From Schizochytrium sp. TIO01 (Eukaryota > Protista > Bigyra: Labyrinthulomycetes), in the NCBI GenBank assembly GCA_004764695.1, contig SMSO01000037.1:4874747-4938746 (forward strand): DNA of 64,000 nucleotides, read 5' to 3'. Below are positions 37,776-49,771 of this stretch, piece by piece. The position numbers were made by a program, and so were the translations under genes. The notes below the pieces were generated by a model. That model saw nothing but the letters and a program-made list of their open reading frames with translations. It did no database searches and was not told where the DNA came from. Position 1 is the stretch's first letter. The number at the start of each line of letters is the position of its first letter.

Positions 37776-40700
37776 GCTGCTCGAGCAGAAGAGGGGAAGG
37801 AAGGCTGTCCGACTGAGGGCCCTCGAGATGGCTGTGCTCGCTGGCCGCAGCGAGGTGGCGACGGTGCAGCGACGGCACTTTTATGGGCAGCGTCGCCATG
37901 GCCACTGAGTTTTCAAGTCCGTACCCACGGATTAGTAGCATGACATTATGCCAACGTGGTGGGGAGAAGTTGAATGTGGCAAATTCGTAGAATCGTGAAA
38001 GCGAAGAATTTGCGTGCCGCACACTTAACAAGAGCTTTGGAGGAGCAACCGAGTACTAAACTGGCTTAACGAAACGAAATGCCCTCTTCTTGTTTCCTGA
38101 CTCTTCTTTTTAATGAATTATAATATATCAGACAAATCAAAGCAAGGGAGCTACCTACCTACCTGCCTACCTACCTACCAATCTACTTACCTACCACAAC
38201 AGTTCGGGAAAACCTTCCGTAGTCGTTAAGGCGGCCATGCGACATGTAATTAAGAAGTAGACTTTAGAAAATAGAAAAATGTAATACCTGATTTTCAAGG
38301 AAATGTAATTGGATCAACTTGAAGGAAACGAATCAAATGCAGTCTTTTTCCTTCTCCATTCTTTGCTTTCACGAAGTAACTAAGGAGAAACGCGGCTTCG
38401 TAACTACAGCTAACTACAATATGCCCTTTCAAGTTGGTCATAGTCAATGTGCTGCCCTCTAAGCTCCCCGCCTTCTTGAAAAAGTAACAAAGACAAGAAA
38501 TGCCTGCCATAAAACTAGCCATCCCCTCTTCAGTTGCATATCGTTGGTGTAGTCCTCGCCATTAGGGGTCTTTGTGAGCCAGCGTCCTTGCGGAGGCTGG
38601 CTCGCTAAAGAAGCACTTACAATTGTGTTCCTGAGTAATACACATAGCTGGCTTTGCAGGAAGCCTTTTCAACTTCTTTTTTCTTTTTTTAATAAACTTT
38701 TTTTAAATTAAATATAAAGCAACGTTTCTTCTACTGCGTTTTAGAAAGTAACGAGATGATTGATAAGAGCTATTCGCGAAGTTTGCGAGGGGTTCTTATT
38801 CATTCCAATAGTGGCAAAGTAGAAGAGGCGCAAGAACTACCAAGACCATGGAAAGATCCGTCCGTACGACGGTCGCCACAATGAGACGGACAGCCCACCC
38901 ACCATGGTGGACACCGAGTCTTGCTTTACAAAAGCTCTAAATCTTCTTTTCTCTTTTTTCATTTTTCATTTTAAAATTAAAAAATATCGTTTATGCAAAA
39001 TAACAAAATTTAAATTTCTGTTTAAAAAAAAGCAGCAGCTAGGGGGGCTTTTCCGCACAAGATAAGGAGAGAAGGAAGAAAGAGGAGCCCTTGACTATCG
39101 CGTCTCCTCACTCAAAGCCCCTCGCTTAATCCTTGGACGCACCGCGTCGGTACCGAGCTTCAACATAATGACGAGAAGGAGGTTTTCTTCGTTCATGTTT
39201 TCCGATAGCGAGTGGACGGGCCTGCGAGCCAGCTTTCCGCAAGGCAGGCAGGCGCTCATTCGTATGCTGGCCCCAAAGAGAAAAAATGAGGGTAAAAGCA
39301 AGCAAATTGATGGATGTTTATGAGCTCTTCTTCTTGTTCTTGTTCTCGTTCTTATTCTTCTTTGCTTGAGTTCCCGTCCTCTTTCTTTGAATTGCTCAAG
39401 GAGATGAACTGGTCTCGATTTAAAGATCGGTGTCGCCCATAAAGCAAGTTGGGCTCTCTGGTGCTAACGAGGGGTCGCAAACTTTTGTAGGTATTCACTT
39501 TTCTGAGTATGCCATGTAAGCAGCAGCATCCTTAGTTCGTCCGGGGGACAACTGCCTTCCTTCCTTCCTTCCTTCCTTCCTTCCTTCGTAAGCTGTCAAA
39601 AGGCAGACGACAACGCGACCCAAAGTGATCGTGCATCCTCCGGGCCTCGGAGCAGGCATCGAGCAAAAGACGCAAGAGCCACGCAACGAACGGGTGCATT
39701 ACATCTTCGTCTTGATGACCTTGGTTGGGAGGCTGAAGGATGAACGAACTTGTTCTTTTCTTGCTTTTGCTTGCTTACTTGGCTTGATTTCTTTCTTCTT
39801 CTCCTTCTTTTTCAAAGCCTCCGCTCCACAGGAGAATTGGCGACAAGGCGATCACCTTTTGGGCCTTCTCGAGACAGCCACCACTCGTTCGCCTGTTGGG
39901 ACGGGCTCGTGAAGCCATGTGACCCATGGACGTGCTCTGCTCTACAGGCAAGCAAGTGCCTGGCACCTGTGGTTTATGAGCTAGCTAGCTAGCTAGCTAG
40001 CTATGTGGTGGTGTTCCAAAGGCAGAGCCGCGAGAGCTGTGTGGCCTAGTCGACAGGTCTTCTTGTTTCTTTTCTTTCACTTCTGCATGTTCTGTTTTTT
40101 CTTTGTTCTTCTCCGCCCCTTCTTTTTGAAGTTAAAGTAAATGAATGAACCATCGGTATCGCCATTTCAGTGTTTCCGCCATTTCAAAAAGGCGCAGGAT
40201 TTTTCCGCTCGGTCCATATCACTCAACCTTAAGCGCTGAAACTCGCAACCCACAATTATACCTTTTGGATCACCAGACAGATCCTCGTTTGTTGAGAACG
40301 AGGCGCCACGTGAAGGTAGAGTACAGGGCATTAGTTCATCAATTGGACATGCTGGTTCTGAGCTCACTAACTGAGTGAGTTCTGAGTCCTGAGTTCTGAC
40401 TCTGGTTCGGAGAGAAGGGTTGGAGACAAAAACAAGTTTCGACGATATAGGCTCTGAAACCGGCGGTCACTCAGTCAGTCAGCCAACCGTCTGCTTGAGC
40501 AGATGGATGGAGCACTCCGCTTTCAAGCACTGTACCATACATACCCTTCGGCGGGCGAGCGTGAGATGGAGGATCTTCGGAACTTGCTCTCCGTCTGTCC
40601 TCCTTCGAGCATCGAAAGGTGCCAGAGCGGCACTTGCCTGCTTGCCATCAAGATTGTCTGTCCCCTTGAGATTGAAGAGACAGGCAGAAGCCTCAGCAGA

Positions 40701-42511
40701 GAAGAAGAGGTTGAAGGCTATAATTAACGCACCCTCGAAGAGTGTGTTGGCAAGCAGAGCATAGCGAGCCAATTAACAGCAGCTAGCTAGCTAAGGTAGA
40801 TTACAGGCAAGCAGGTGAAAAGAGCCAACTGTCCCAAAGGACAGATTTCGAAATGGGCTAGGTGTGAGATGCCACTGCTTTCTGTCTGTCTGTTGATGAC
40901 AGGACGTATCGAGTCCGGGCCGGTGGCACTTTTCTGAATCATTTGCGGTTCAGGAACCTTTGTTTCAAGGAGGTTTCTTGTTTTTGCCTCTTTTCGTAGG
41001 TACAAAAAGGAACGACCAACACCTAGTAGGTTAGATTTATTTTCAGAGACAAGGGAAGTAGAGGTGCTTCCCCTGCCTGTCTATTTTTCGACATAGAAGA
41101 TAATCTTCCTTGTTTGTCATGTCCACTGGTTAATTTTGAGTTTTTAGAATGAGCATTCATTATTATGGTATTATGTTATTATTACACAGTTGTTTGAACT
41201 CTTTTTTCCCTTTTACTTCTTATGCCAGGTCGCGTCTCACCTTGCGCGCTAAAAAACGAATTCGATGACAAATTATTATATTGACTACTGAGGTAGGTAG
41301 GTAGGTAGGTAGGTAGGTACATGCGATATGGGTGTTTCTTTGATTTCTATCCTTTTCATTTGGTATAAGATATAAAGATAAAAAACGTTTTTATCTTCCT
41401 TTATAATTTAGAAGTACTACGGTACCAATAATCCTACTTTTTTATCCCCCCTCGACCTCGACGAGGGGATTTAATAATATTAAATTTTAAAACCTCTTCA
41501 TTGGAAGCTGGAAATCGATGATTGCGAAGCAGTAGTAGCAAGCAAGAAGGGCCGATCCATAATCAATGCTACAAGACCAAATCGAGATTAAAACAGAAAC
41601 AACCTCTTTAAGGGGCGACTTCATATAACCGTCGAGCCATGCCCGTGAAGCGAAGCAGGTTTTGAGATCAACGTAGTCTTTTCCTGAATGGATTCCCTCT
41701 GTTTTCTTTTCCCTTTCAATAAGTTCCTCAATTTGTAACCCTTCACAGTTGTGAAAAAGAGAGCACGTATTTATTATTAGCAGCGGAACGATTATACATG
41801 CCCCCAAACAATCTATTTCGGCAGCAATACTTTCTTTCTTACTTACTTACCTACTTTCTCTCCTTCTTATATCAAGCAGCACAGAGGGAGAGAGAGAGAG
41901 AGAGAGATCTTTGAATTAGAAAAGAAAAGGTCACCCAGCTAGCTGGCCCTTTGGAACCGGCCAGCTGTGGCCTTCATATAGCGCTCTGAACTTGAGCTGA
42001 GTGACCTTCTCCAATCATTTCGCTAGAGACCGATGCCATCATGGGCGGCAGGGAGGCCCGCCTGCCAGACGGTTGCGGCCAGGCTCTACGACGCGGACGA
42101 GGACGAGGACGGCCACCCGGTGGTGCCAAGCTACGCAATCAACCACCACCCGACGAGACGCAACCCCCTTCGTACGTACCTGCTGAGGAGTTGAGGCTCG
42201 AAGTGATCTGACGCTAGCTCGTATTACGAAACATATGGCTAGCAAGAGAAAGAAAAAAGATTTTAAGAAAATAAAACAAACTGCTGAAGAACGAATGATG
42301 ATGAGTTTCTTAAATTTTGCCCGCCACCCAACACTCAGAATGAGGATAGCAACAATAAACCAGGGACGAAGAAGTGACCGATGCACAACTCGCTTCAGGG
42401 CTGGCAGCGACGAAGGTTTATGTGCAGACATAGCATACTGCAATAGACGAGGATCAGGCTTCCGCTAAGCACGCGTTTCGACCGATCTCGGGAACAGCTT
42501 CCTCCTGCTTT

Positions 42512-42541
42512 AATAATAATAATAATATTATTATTATTATT
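42512..42541. repeat. Perfect 30-bp AT palindrome (AAT)5(ATT)5
   Basis: Self-complementary with no spacer. Confidence 0.9.
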
Positions 42542-43746
42542 TTAATAAAGTAAATAATAATTCTGTCGTTCATACTTTTTCTTTTCTTCGCGCACTGCCA
42601 GATGATATTTATTAAAATTAAAAAAGCGAAAGGAAAATAAAACGACGTTTAATCTCAATGTTACGATTGATCAGCAGAACAGCACAGGCGAATTGACATG
42701 CACGCACTCACTCACCCACGCACACACGCGCTCTAGAAGGAGCAAAAACACCCTGAGGAAGAATAAAACTAGCCAGCCAGCCAGCCAGCCAGCCGGGTGT
42801 GAAAGTGCCTGTCTTTATGAAAATAAAAATTGATTGATTTTGCCACTTAGCTACTGCACTGGGAAGCAGAGGAAAAAGAACTCAAACCCTTTTAGTCACC
42901 CAGCTATGGAAGTAATTGGAACTACCACACTGTCACTATCCGGTCGCGTACTTCTGCTGATAATGCAGCTCTTTAATAATTATAATTTTAATAATTATAA
43001 TTCTACCTAATTTTTAAACTTATAAAAGGATGATGAAAGGATTTTGAAAAAGAAAGAAGAAAGTGCCATAAAGAAAAAGTGGGAATACAGGCTTGCTTGT
43101 CCCAGGTAGTCAGCTCTACGCAGTTGTAGTGTCAACGGCAGAAACGAAAAGAAAGAAAAAGGAATCGTAAAAGAAAAAGATTAGAGGGAAGAAAGGAGGC
43201 GAGTTGGAGCTTTGGAAGCAAAAACAGCAAGAGCTGGTGAATTCAGCATCGCTACTGCCGCAGTTTGTTGGTGTCATACGATGGAAAACCTGGAAACAAA
43301 AGAGCAATCGTTCATCTTTCCGTAAGGAGAAAGAGAAACACTTGTGATGCATGCTTCCTCGGCTCCATTGAGTTTCCTTCAAATGCCATCCATCCACCCA
43401 TCCATCCAGGTGTTTTGTTCCTTCCTACAAGTTATATTATTCAAACATACTATTCTTTTGTACTCGGCATACCTACTCTTTCATGATTTAGAGTTAACTA
43501 AAAGAAAGAAAGAAAGAAAGAAAGAAAGAATCACCTCCATTTTATGTCATCACTCTAATCAACCTCGCAATTGTTTCAATTGTTTGTAGTGAAAGCGAGA
43601 AACAAACAATAGTTTGCGCAGCGCCGTCGCAACCGCACCTTCAGCATGGCGCATGCCGCACCCCGTGAGCCGAGCGTCGGATAGCGAACCAAGGACCTCT
43701 CCCGCTCTCTCTAACCAACCGCGATGGATGCGTGCTTCGCATCAGC

Positions 43747-43779
<33 letters not shown>

Positions 43780-43908
43780 CCTCTCTGGGCCGACTCGGCC
43801 TCTCCCCGAGCTCTTCCGCGGCCTGCGCTCTCTCTGTCTGTCTGTCTGTTTCTCTGTCTGTCTGCTTCTCTCTTTTCCCAATAAACCGCAAAGACGAGGA
43901 CAGAAACG

Positions 43909-43910
<2 letters not shown>

Positions 43911-43963
<53 letters not shown>
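43911..43963 (+). repeat. (AAAG)~13 microsatellite
   Basis: Read directly from the sequence. Confidence 0.9.
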
Positions 43964-44128
43964 GCGCCACTACGTAATACAGCGATAGCTAAGAGAAGCT
44001 AGTTCCCCGTTCACCTATTTCACCCTAGCTAGTTAGCTAGCTAGCTATACGCAGTAGCGCCTCTCTAGCCGGCGCTAGGCCTGCCTGACTCTTATTCTAC
44101 GCAGCGGGCTTGACGAGCGGAGATTTGA

Positions 44129-44160
<32 letters not shown>

Positions 44161-45135
44161 CAAGTCTGCCGGTCGCTTTCCCTCGAGGCTCACGACCCTG
44201 GTTCGGGCTGGGCATGCGCGGCCTTCGCTGCAAGAGAGGCGCGAAGGAATGGCTAAACGTCAGACGGATGGATGGAGGGATGGAGGGAAGGAGGGAAGGC
44301 AAGCAGCAGAGACTACAGCAGGCGCTCAATGGCAGGAAGAAGGCCATGGCTGGCTGGCTGGCTGGCTGGCTATAGCAGGCCTAGGGGATACGGTAGGGGT
44401 CACTCAGGCCAGCGGCGAATTCTCCGCAGGTGCGCTGCGAGCCGCTCTCCGGCCAACCCTCAGCGAGTGCTCGTTGAACTGTCTCGGCCATGCGATATGG
44501 CGGCGATGGCGATGGCCAAGCGAGCGAGAGAACGAGAGAACGAGTGAGCGAGCGAGTGGAGAAGCAGAAGTAGGCATCGAGCGGCTCCTGCCTGCCTGTC
44601 CCTTGCCGCGTACGGAGGGAGCGGCGAATTGGCATCTTCGTCGAGTACAGAACAGAAGAAAAGGACAAGAAGATCGTTTGAATGCCAGCGCTGTGGCTGA
44701 ATAAATTAACATAAACAAGCAAATGAACGAGTGAATGATCAGAGGAATAAATTAACTTAAACAAATGAATGAATGAATGAAAGATGCCCTCCAAGTCCTC
44801 TTCGCAGGCGCCAGTCTTCCTGCAGGTATATAGGCATATCTATCAGTCTATCTCTCTGTCGATCTATCTGTCGATCGGTTGCCACGCAGGCGAAGACGAG
44901 ACGGAGCTCGAAGCGGAACTCGCCCTCGTGACTGTGTTCCATGGAAGAAGAAGCGGAGGTGCCAGCCAGGCAGGCAGACAGACAGACAGACAGACAGCCG
45001 CGTCCAGTCAGGCGCGTCCAGCTGCCAGCCAGCCAGGCCTGCCTTCCTTCTTGCCTCGCAACGACGATCCCCATAACGCCGAGTCCGAGTGACCTCTTCT
45101 CTCCTTCCTTCCTTCTTCTTTCTTCTTTCTTTCTC

Positions 45136-45172
<37 letters not shown>

Positions 45173-48100
45173 AGTCTTCGCCCCTCAACTTCTTCGGCCG
45201 CTGGCGCAGAAGAGTGAAGAAGGCCTGCTTTGGGCCTGCTTTGGGCCTGCTTTGAGCTTGCTGCGGCGGAAAGCTGGCCTGGAAGCTGGCAGCTCGCTGT
45301 GGACAGGCCTCTGGAGAGGCTTTGAAAGCAGGCGTCTGAGTTCTTGCTTGTTCGCGTGCTCACTTGCTTGCTTGCTTGCTTGCTTATTGGCTGTGCTTGG
45401 GAAAGAGGACCGGGAGGAGGAGGAGGAGGAGGGCGCTGCGCGATCACTCGGTTCTGGGCCGACTGGGGCCTGGCCTCGTACGCTTCTTCCTTGATCTAGC
45501 TCGAATGAGGAAGCGATGGAGAAGAAAAAGTTGGAGTGAGTCCAAGTTGCTGCAGCTTTTGAAGAAACCAGAGGACTTCTGCCTTTTTCACCTCCTTTTC
45601 GTGAAGATTACTTTAATTAAATAGTAATAGTATATATAGAGAGAGAGAACTCATCCAACTACCCTGTATCATGTTATGAAAAAACAACAAAACACATTTA
45701 TATTATGAATTTTCTTTTAAAAAGTTTTTAATGTAGGAAATAACTCAGAGAGAGAAAGAGGGCTTTTAGGGAAGAGTAGAAGTAAAACGAGCTGGTCGCT
45801 GCCAGTTCTATTCTCCTGCAGCAAGGAGGCTTCGTGTATTGAGGCTGTTGGCTATTTGGCTGGCTGGCTGGAAAATAGACTTCAGTTGTCTGTTACTGCA
45901 AACGTTTGGAGGAGCGAGCTCTCTAGAGGTGGGTAGGTGGGTGGGTGGGTTGGTCGATACCTAGACACCTCGACTTCGCCAAGATGCTTCCAAATTAGTC
46001 GCAACGACGGACTTTGAGAAGCCTCGGCCGCCCCTACTGTCTACCTAAGCACTGGTAGGGAAGTACATCACACTACTACAGTTGCGCTGCACTGGTGCCA
46101 AAATGAAGAATAGCAAAAGAACGAGTGACAGAGGTTTCACCTGATTTCATGTATGTTGCGTGACGTTGGTTGGTTGTTGAAGGGAGACTTTCCAGGCTCG
46201 CCTTTAATCGAATGTTGATCAATCGAGGATGGAAAACTCGACTTTGTTGCGGGTGAAGAAAAGAACTAACTAATTATTCTTTTTACCTTTGGTTTTTTTG
46301 TTATATAACTTAAAACTTTATTTACTTTTTATATAATTAATATGAACGAAAAAAGATGCGTTTTCTATATATGAAATCATTGTTTCTCTTCCCTCTCTCT
46401 CTCTGATAGTCTTGATTCAATGATTGATTCATTAATCGCAGAGACCCAGAGAAACCGAGAGAGACGGCTCTCTGCCCCTTATGTTGGGCGGCGAAAGCGC
46501 AGCTCGTTCAAGACCACATAAGGCAGCTGCAACAGGCCCTCGGCGGTACTAGTGCCGCTCTGGTCCAGGCTCGTACAGGAAGAAAAGCGAGGAAAGCAGG
46601 AAACACATCGGTGCACACCTCAGACTGCAAGCGATGCGGAATCCTTCGTCAAAGTGTCTGTGTGAGTGGGCAGTCAGTAAGAGGTATCTAGGACCTCTCT
46701 CCAGCCAGCTAGTTATAACTAAGGGCGGACTACTTACGCAAGCAAGGAAGTAATTAATTAGGGGTAGCTGTTAAGTTTTCTCGTTTTGTGAATGTTTGCA
46801 GTGAGGATGTTGCCGATGACAGGTTAGATTTTGAGAGCTTGCTTTCTCTTTGGAAACGCGACCTCGCTCACTTCCGTTGGCGGAAAACGTGGCAGGACAG
46901 TGCGGATTCTTGCGGGGAGCAGGTCTCGCCGATGCTCATTTCAAGAAGAATAGACACACCCAAAGACAAGACAAGAACTTTTAAAAGCGAGTCATTTGAA
47001 CTTAAATCCGTTCAGAAACCAACTGTTGGTTGAAAACCGCAGTCTTTCATACGTTCTTGTTTGTTTCTTTGTTTCTTTGTTTGCCTTCTTGCTTGCTTGC
47101 TCGTTTGTAAGCCTTATAAATAAACTCTTGCACCATGATCTAAAAGTGGACAGCTCTAGTTTTCTTTCTTTCTTTGAGCAGGCAAGGCATCGATTGAGCC
47201 GGCGCAGCATCGCTTTCTCCAGCCTCTTGAGCACAGAGCGATCGCGAAAGCGCTTTCAATCTCGAGGTCTTTGCGGTTCTCCCCATCGAAGATAACTGCG
47301 GCCTCTACTGGCGATACCTCCATTCTTTCATGCAAATCTGGCGGCCAGCGAGCTGCGAGCTGAAAAGCGGTGCGCCTGCGAGGCACTGGAGCGAGCGGAG
47401 GACTCTCTGCAGGCGCGGCTGCTCTGAGCGTTGCGTACGCAGAGCTCTCCAGACCCCGGCTCTGTCCACCGGTGACCCGCGAGAGAGAGTCCAGTTCTCC
47501 GCCTATTCTATTCTTCCATCCTTTGAGGTCCTTCCTTCTGAGGCCTGTGCCGTTTGAGACCTTCCAATTTCGGGTTGTCCAGGCGAAGCTCCTACCTGCC
47601 TCCTAGGCTATTCAGTATAACTTAGAACAAGGTTAACCTCATATACTATGTACGACACTTCAGATTGTGCTGGGAAGCACAGCACGCAAGGCTTGATAGA
47701 GGAAGAAGACGAGAGTGGAAGCCTTACGGTGGGCTAGAGTAAGGGGTATGAGGCACCCTGGATGGGCGCTGTGACTCGTAGCCTTCCACTTAGCTGCAGG
47801 CCTAGAGAGAGAGTCGAAGAAAAAAGAAACAACGAAAGGACATGAAGGCGAAGCGGCTCTCTTCCAGCCAGAGAGTCCTTTTCTCTTCTCCTGCCTGCTT
47901 ATAAGTAGTGTTTTTATTTAGTTTTATTTATTAAAATTTAATTAAATATAAAAACTTTGTTCAGAGAAAAGAAAGTAGTCAAACGAAAACAAGAGCAAGG
48001 GGTTGCTTGCTTGGCTACTTTGAGGCCGTCTATGTGGACGCCGGTCTGTGAATTTGAAGCAAGGAAGTAGAAGCCAAGGTGGAGGCGAAGCGACCCAGCC

Positions 48101-48312
48101 ACGTGAACACCTCCCTCGCATGCACAAGTCCAAGTACCTTGGAGTTCTTCCTTATTTTCCAATGATTGTTAAGTTTTTTTAACCTGTTATTAACTATTTT
48201 ACAATTTAAACACCTCTGTTTTCAACCACTGGCAGGTTGTGTTGTGAATGCATGCCCTCTCCAGCCCCAGCTCGCCCAGCTTCGCCTGTAACTGAGAAGG
48301 ACGCCAACCAAC

Positions 48313-48371
48313 CAAGAAAGCAATCAAGAAAGCAATCAAGAAAGCAATCAAGAAAGCAATCAAGAAAGCAA
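48313..48371 (+). repeat. (CAAGAAAGCAAT)~5 tandem repeat
   Basis: 12-bp unit. Confidence 0.9.
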
Positions 48372-49580
48372 GCGCGGTTCGGATAATTGTTTAGCCGTGA
48401 GGCAGATATCGGCAGCGTGCGCGTGGCAACCAAGCCTTCTTCACTCGCAGCTCGCCTGGATTACCGCCGCCGCCGCTCCTAGAGGCGCCTCGTATGCTTA
48501 TCCGTAGAACTGATAGATTTTTGCGATCGTTCAGGTGTCTCAAGTGGAACTTGAAAGCCCCGCTGTTCCATTTCCTCCTTCAAGTGACTTTGGCACTTGC
48601 ATAAGTAAACACATACATAGATAGGCGCATGTTCTCCCTGAGGAAAAGAACGAACTTGAAGTAAGTGTCACAGTAATGCATCGACTGCGCTCCGGCCAGT
48701 AGGACTGCCTAAGCGCTGCCTAGCAGTGCCGCACAGCAATGAGGGGATGCGAAAGTAACAGGAAAAAGGACACCTCCTCAGGCTTTCGAGGCTCTTCCAG
48801 CCAGAGCCGAGTCCAGCCTGAAGGCAAAGGAAACTGCCGCTTCCAAGCCGCGCCTGGGACAAAACTAGCTAGCAGCAGCTTACAGCTTACAGCTTACAGC
48901 TTACAGGTGGCTTCGCAGCGGCCGGCCTCCTCAACGAGATTCTTGCGAGCCTGGGTGGCCTTCGTTCGGCAAAGCAAATATCCCGAGCGAGCGCTACTGA
49001 AAACCATAGCTAAGCGCCTAGCGCCACGCGCCTGCCAGTGCAAACCAACACAAGCCAGCTAGCGAGCCTGCCTAGCAAAGTCCTAGGGACCTAGTACGCT
49101 CTGTTCTAGAACGTTCGTTCTGTTCCGCCGTGTTCCGTTCCGAAGGTGTCTCCGCTGTTCGAGATCGATGCTCACTCAGCTACCAAGTTCTGATCGGGCT
49201 CCGCCAGGCACCGCGGGATTGTGTGTGGATGTATGCATGCTGCCGAGTACAGGCTTGCGTGGCTTAGGCGTCTGCGTCGAGCAGGGCGGGGACCTGGCCA
49301 GGAAGCAGACGCGGCTGTGGCTGGCCAAGGTTCCCTCGATCGAAGGTTCTTGGAAAGATGTGCAGCTGTTTAGACAGAAAAGCGCCAAGGTCGTTTGCTA
49401 TCATCTGTATGGTATTATGTGCTTCACTTCCAATTGTTTTGTTTTGTTTAGTTTTGTTTGTTTATTTGTTTGCTTTGAAAGAACTTTATTTAAACTATCT
49501 TTTGCTGCTTCGCTTACTACAGCTGGAATTGCTTTGTTTGGTTTTTAATAGGGAGGAGCTTATTAGTAGGAGTATGGATA

Positions 49581-49652
49581 AAGGAGAAGAAGAAGGAAAA
49601 GGAGAAGAAGAAGGAAAAGGAGAAGAAGAAGGAAATGGAGAAAAAGAAGAAG
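49581..49652 (+). repeat. 18-bp polypurine tandem repeat (AAGGAGAAGAAGAAGGAA)3-4
   Basis: Read directly from the sequence. Confidence 0.85.
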
Positions 49653-49724
49653 TCACTCGGCCACGCAGATAATGGATGGCTCAAGGGCAGGAGAGGCCGA
49701 GTTGACCGAGCCAGCCAGCCAGCC

Positions 49725-49771
<47 letters not shown>

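Noticed and set aside
26271-48105. CACGTG E/G-boxes (about 6 seen in the desert)
   Set aside because: No more than expected by chance for a 6-mer in this length.
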